Virus record (IMG/VR): IMGVR_UViG_3300044801_000195
Location: 1 to 60,175 of that record
Reading direction: 5' to 3' (one strand)
DNA from: a virus
Taxonomy: Duplodnaviria; Caudoviricetes
Length of the DNA stretch: 60,175 nucleotides
Shown here piece after piece: positions 56,497-60,175 of the stretch (position 1 is its first letter; every line of letters starts with the position of its first letter). The position numbers were made by a program, and so were the translations under genes. The notes beneath the pieces were generated by a model, which searched no databases, was not told the DNA's origin, and saw nothing but the letters and a program-made list of their open reading frames with translations.

Positions 56497-56725
56497 CGAG
56501 CATCGATTCCGCTTTGTACGCCGCGTCCTTAAGCTCTTCGGCAAGAGCGCGCGCTTCCTGTGGCGTGAGATTCGACCATGCCACCTCGCTAATGCTAAGG
56601 GACATGATGCGGGCCATCTCTCCCAGCACCAAGCTCACCATCTTCTTTGGTTGATCGGTGCCGCCGCTGACCACCCCAACGCGCGTTAGATATCCCCACT
56701 CTTCGGTAAACTGGCGTGGTCTCAT
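56489..56725 (-). CDS. Hypothetical protein
   Basis: LTPQEARALAEEL..AA motif; coupled. Confidence 0.65.
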   Translation of the reverse strand: MRPRQFTEEWGYLTRVGVVSGGTDQPKKMVSLVLGEMARIMSLSISEVAWSNLTPQEARALAEELKDAAYKAESMLDD

Positions 56726-56997
56726 CCGTACAGCTCCTTCATTTCGGCTCGAATACGCTTATTCTCCTCCCGGTACTCCCGGACCTTATCCTTGGCGCAA
56801 TCCTTGCAATTGTGCCTGCCGAGGCGATCGACACGCACATTTTCCGCCGTCAGCAGGTGGCCTTTCGAGCACCGCTCGCCCAGAACGTTCTTATGAGGGC
56901 CGCCCTTTGCGCTGCGGAGGAGCTTCGTTATTTCCTCACGCGCCGCCGCTCCGCTTGTGGCGGATGCGTCGGGGACCGTTTTATCCGCCTTGGTCAT
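56722..56997 (-). CDS. Small zinc-ribbon protein (CSKGH...EN...CKDC)
   Basis: Motif resembling the module appended to phage HNH endonucleases, here stand-alone. Confidence 0.65.
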   Translation of the reverse strand: MTKADKTVPDASATSGAAAREEITKLLRSAKGGPHKNVLGERCSKGHLLTAENVRVDRLGRHNCKDCAKDKVREYREENKRIRAEMKELYG

Positions 56998-57308
56998 TTC
57001 GCCGGCCTTTTCGTCCTGCCTTGACCGGCCGGCAACCCCCGGTTCCGCGCCAGCCTGCGATCGTGCTCCGGATCGATGACCCGTCCTTGGCCAGTCGACC
57101 CTTGGCGGTTCCGCGCAAAGCGTTTATCCTGCTTTGGATCGATGACCCGTCCTTGGCCAGTCGACCCTTGGCGGTTCCGCGCAAAGCGTTTATCCTGCTT
57201 TGGATCGATGACCCGTCCTTGGCCAGTCGACCCTTGGCGGTTCCGCGCAAAGCGTTTATCCTGCTTTGGATCGACGACTCTTCCCTGCTTGCCTTTCGTT
57301 TCGCTCAT
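56994..57308 (-). CDS. Basic hydrophilic 22-aa repeat protein (GRVIDPKQDKRFARNRQGSTGQ, about four copies)
   Basis: ATGA coupling at both ends; AAGGAG RBS. Confidence 0.75.
   Translation of the reverse strand: MSETKGKQGRVVDPKQDKRFARNRQGSTGQGRVIDPKQDKRFARNRQGSTGQGRVIDPKQDKRFARNRQGSTGQGRVIDPEHDRRLARNRGLPAGQGRTKRPAK
57040..57285. repeat. 66-bp tandem repeat, three identical units plus diverged ends
   Basis: gatcgatgacccgtccttggcc... at 57071, 57137 and 57203. Confidence 0.97.
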
Positions 57309-58132
57309 GCGGCTCCTTCCGCCCAGATTTCAAACAACGCGGCCCGCACCATGGGATCGCTCTCTTTAACGATCGCGGCTTCGTCTAGCTTCCAGCGTTG
57401 GATAATCGCCCAGCTCGGAATTACGCAGCCATGCCAAGCGAAGATGCCGAAACCATCCTTCCAAGCCAGCGCCGGACCCGCTGTGGCATGGAGGCGGCCA
57501 TTGGCATCGAGAGCTACATTCACTGGGCGGTCGCAGACTAGGGCGGCATCCTGGCACGGGAATAGCCAGCCCGCTGTTTGTGCGTAGGTTTTATAGGCGT
57601 CGAACCAATCCCAAAGATCCGGCGGGATTTTCAGCAATCCAGTCTGGATCGCAAAATCGTAGGTGGCGAGCCAAAACGCGTCCTGGCCTCCGAGGAATCG
57701 CGGGGATTGGACGATGTCGCGGTCGATGCCGCTCAGCGCGAGACCGTGATCGAGGTTGACCATGAAACAGCCGGTGCGCAGCCAATGCAGGGCGCAATAG
57801 AATTCGGTGGCGAGATAGGCCTGCATCTCCTCGCCGAGCTGAGCCTCGAATAGCTCGAATAGGGCGTTGCGATAGGGGTCCATTAGGCTATGGAGCTGAA
57901 CGCGGCGGTCGATAATATTGCAGCGGGTGGCGCGGTGCTGTAGCGCCCGGAATGGCGATGAAAATAAGTTAACCTCCGGTGCTGCAAATCCGGTTACGGT
58001 ATAGAGGTGCTGTGCGGCATTAACCGCCGCCTTCTGGCTCATGGACGCGGTATTGGTTAAAACCTCGTGCCACTCCCGCCGGACCTGGCCGAGGATAGGC
58101 TTCAAGGTGAAGATGGATAAGAGGTTTGTCAT
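57305..58132 (-). CDS. DUF6745-like protein
   Basis: GQDAFWLA.YDF, GWLFP, CDRP...D.NGRLH...GPAL.W.DGF..FAWHG. Confidence 0.8.
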   Translation of the reverse strand: MTNLLSIFTLKPILGQVRREWHEVLTNTASMSQKAAVNAAQHLYTVTGFAAPEVNLFSSPFRALQHRATRCNIIDRRVQLHSLMDPYRNALFELFEAQLGEEMQAYLATEFYCALHWLRTGCFMVNLDHGLALSGIDRDIVQSPRFLGGQDAFWLATYDFAIQTGLLKIPPDLWDWFDAYKTYAQTAGWLFPCQDAALVCDRPVNVALDANGRLHATAGPALAWKDGFGIFAWHGCVIPSWAIIQRWKLDEAAIVKESDPMVRAALFEIWAEGAA

Positions 58133-58298
58133 TGCGCGCCGCCATCCCCTTTTTCTTCCCGCGCCAGCCGCCTCATCTCGGCGAGCCATTGATCGCGTAT
58201 CGCGACCCATGTGTCCTTCATCTTGGACTCTTGAGGATCTGGGCAGATTATCCAGGCGAGATTTAGCAACCGCTTAAATAGCCACCAGCGGAAAGCAG

Positions 58299-58562
58299 TC
58301 ATACCGGCTTCTCCCGTGAATGTTCACGCGCAAGCAACAGCGCTTCGTTGATTGGGATCAAGAGCCGCACGGTTGCGATATGGTTGCCAAGCAGATCTCT
58401 CTGCAATTCGCGTTCGCCGGGGAAGGCAGCGAGCCATATCGCCAGAAGATCCGCGAGTATGGCTCCTTGGAGATCATGAGAGAGGCCGCCAAGGATCGAC
58501 TGAACCTGCCAGGTGCATGCTATACCGGCATCTGTGTCCGGCTTATCTTCTATTTTCGTCAT
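58299..58562 (-). CDS. Hypothetical protein
   Basis: QGAILADLLAIWLA motif; GGAAGAGG RBS. Confidence 0.6.
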   Translation of the reverse strand: MTKIEDKPDTDAGIACTWQVQSILGGLSHDLQGAILADLLAIWLAAFPGERELQRDLLGNHIATVRLLIPINEALLLAREHSREKPV

Positions 58563-58738
58563 ACCTCTTCCCTCCCGGCCCGTACCGATACGACGGCCAT
58601 GAGCGCGGCAGCGCCCGCGGCCACGCTGCCCGCAAGCAGACTGCCGGTTCCGTACCCGATCCATGGCGCCAGCCCGAGCAAGACGGCCGCGAGCCATGGC
58701 AGCTTGGTGGCGGCCCAATGCCTCAAGCGTCCTTTCAT
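58559..58738 (-). CDS. Small two-TM membrane protein
   Basis: Hydrophobic; coupled. Confidence 0.55.
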   Translation of the reverse strand: MKGRLRHWAATKLPWLAAVLLGLAPWIGYGTGSLLAGSVAAGAAALMAVVSVRAGREEV

Positions 58739-58983
58739 AGCTCTTCCTCCCGTTTCCGGCGCGGCGTGGCGCCGCCCTTGCGTCCGCACGTCCTTGCGAA
58801 CTCGTGGTCGCGCGAAAAACTCCGCTTCTCATCCGCCAGCGCCAGGCCGCCCTTCCTGCCGGCCGCCGCGGCTAATTCGGGATCGCGGCTAAAAGAGCGC
58901 TTCCGGGCTTCCACCGCGCGTCCGCCAAGCGAAGCGATTTCGCGCCGCCGCGCGGGCGGCAGGCTCGCAAATCCTTTTGTCAT
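58735..58983 (-). CDS. KGG-repeat general stress protein (YciG / Con-10-like)
   Basis: GFASL...RREIASLGG, RSFSRDPELAAAAGRKGG, GRKGG. Confidence 0.9.
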   Translation of the reverse strand: MTKGFASLPPARRREIASLGGRAVEARKRSFSRDPELAAAAGRKGGLALADEKRSFSRDHEFARTCGRKGGATPRRKREEEL

Positions 58984-59019
58984 CGATTATTCCTGTCTAA
59001 TTTCGAGGATGGAATGGCG

Positions 59020-59307
59020 TCAGCTCACAAGCTCCGCCAATTGCCTCCGCCATGCCTGCGCCCAGCGGAGATGGCCGACTGTGATTCTGACCGTCCGTTG
59101 GCTTTCGCTCCGCCCCATGGGAGGGAATGCGATGAGGCCGGTATCCGTAGCAACGGCGGCGGAAAATTCCCTCGCCAGATCGGCGAGGGGGCCGATGATT
59201 AGCACCGCTTCAAGAAGCTGCTTTTGCAGCCGGTCCCTATCCTCGATAAGCCCCGCGATTGTCAGACGTGCGGTCTCCTGTTCCGTCGGAATAATGGGCT
59301 CGCTCAT
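59020..59307 (-). CDS. Hypothetical protein
   Basis: ITVGHLR.A motif; coupled. Confidence 0.55.
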   Translation of the reverse strand: MSEPIIPTEQETARLTIAGLIEDRDRLQKQLLEAVLIIGPLADLAREFSAAVATDTGLIAFPPMGRSESQRTVRITVGHLRWAQAWRRQLAELVS

Positions 59308-60175
59308 GATGCGCACGCCTCCGCATCTTCAGCTGGCGCGGGTACTGGCTCGCCGTTTTCATCAACCTCATAGACCGGGCCGCAGCAGCCACGCGCCTTT
59401 ACCTTCTGCGGAAAATCTCCATTAGGATGCACGGCCATATCCGCGAGCGCCACAGGACAGCCGACGAACTTCTTGGGATCGGATACAAACTCTCGCGTCA
59501 TCGCTGGGGATGGAGAAAAATGCAACCCTTTGCCGCACTCCTGCTCGCCTCCATCCCAGTCAGGGGCAATCGGCGTTGTGCCGGGATGGTATGCAAATCC
59601 CCATGAAGAAATAAAGTCATGATTTACAGCCTTATATAGCATAGCTATGCCGTCATTGACGCTAACCCCATGGTAGTCGCACCACTCGTCAGGCGTTGAG
59701 CGTGCGACTACTGTCTGCTTTCCGCCTTCAACTTTCGCGTCTCCATCGATCAGGATGGAAACATTCGCTGAGGCAAAGGCAATCACTTTGCCGAACAATG
59801 ATAACTGTGCGTAGCCCCTCGCTTCAACGCGCGGCTGGCTGCTGCCCCACGCTTCAACGCGCGGCTGGCTGCTGCCCCACGCTACGACGCTCGGCTGGCT
59901 GCTGCCCCACGCTACGACGCGCGGCTGGCTGCTGTCCCTCGCTTCAACGCGCGGCTGGCTGCTGCCCCTCGCTTCAACGCTCGGCTGGCTGCTGCCCCAC
60001 GCTTCAACGCGCGGCTGGCTGCTGCCCCACGCTTCAACGCTCGGCTGGCTGCTGTCCCACGCTTCAACGCTCGGCTGGCTGCTGTCCCTCGCTTCAACGC
60101 GCGGCTGGCTGCTGTCCCTCGCTTCAACGCGCGGCTGGCTGCTGCCCCTCGCTTCAACGCTCGGCTGGCTGCTGC
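59304..60175 (-). CDS. C-terminal part of the decapeptide-repeat protein (DUF7666-like domain)
   Basis: Repeats run in frame into LYKAV..DF.S...Y.PG....PDW....ECGKGLHFS...KVKA. Confidence 0.85.
   Translation of the reverse strand, partial: SSQPSVEARGSSQPRVEARDSSQPRVEARDSSQPSVEAWDSSQPSVEAWGSSQPRVEAWGSSQPSVEARGSSQPRVEARDSSQPRVVAWGSSQPSVVAWGSSQPRVEAWGSSQPRVEARGYAQLSLFGKVIAFASANVSILIDGDAKVEGGKQTVVARSTPDEWCDYHGVSVNDGIAMLYKAVNHDFISSWGFAYHPGTTPIAPDWDGGEQECGKGLHFSPSPAMTREFVSDPKKFVGCPVALADMAVHPNGDFPQKVKARGCCGPVYEVDENGEPVPAPAEDAEACAS
59814..60175. repeat. 30-bp tandem repeat array, right arm (11 full units plus partials)
   Basis: Same unit as 1-354; 60019-60144 is identical to 1-126. Confidence 0.98.

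Noticed and set aside
57040-57285. 66-bp periodic repeat as a CRISPR array
   Set aside because: Units are identical throughout with no unique spacers, the period is a multiple of 3, and it lies in a coupled ORF with an RBS.
59814-60175. 30-bp array as a DGR template/variable pair or a CRISPR array
   Set aside because: All five amino-acid-changing variants involve a coding-strand A, but they are strictly biallelic, a linked T/C change also occurs, and I see no reverse transcriptase or spacers in the window.

Overview
This window looks like a near-complete ~60 kb temperate myovirus genome of an Alphaproteobacterium, probably Hyphomicrobiales (inferred from the GcrA-like gene, the OmpR/CtrA-type winged-helix gene and the tRNA-Pro attP). 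Both ends lie inside the same 30-bp coding tandem repeat, and an attP-like site sits next to the integrase, which suggests the excised circular form. Modules in order: YqaJ recombination and early left operon; CI/Cro switch with five operator-like palindromes; primase-helicase replication; a dual-frame C5 DNA methyltransferase; terminases; DUF1073 portal, MuF, DUF2213 and DUF2184 head genes; DUF3383/DUF3277 contractile tail and baseplate; fibres; a GT25 moron; lysis; an accessory operon; and integrase/Xis with a tRNA-Pro(UGG) 3' half. The most striking feature is at 37757-37825, inserted in the baseplate operon. It is a non-coding array of 11 perfect GGY-NN pentamers plus a hairpin, directly upstream of a truncated Cas7/RAMP-like gene, and resembles a VIPR-type RNA-guided module. 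Its variable dinucleotides, read as codon positions 1-2, spell HEAGHAIV. Also notable: a canonical and a variant hammerhead ribozyme flanking one small ORF in a strongly promoted operon, a portal fused to a pyrophosphatase-like domain, a likely -1 frameshift in the tail chaperone, and several deletion or nonsense scars. All family assignments come from motif recognition by eye; no searches were run.
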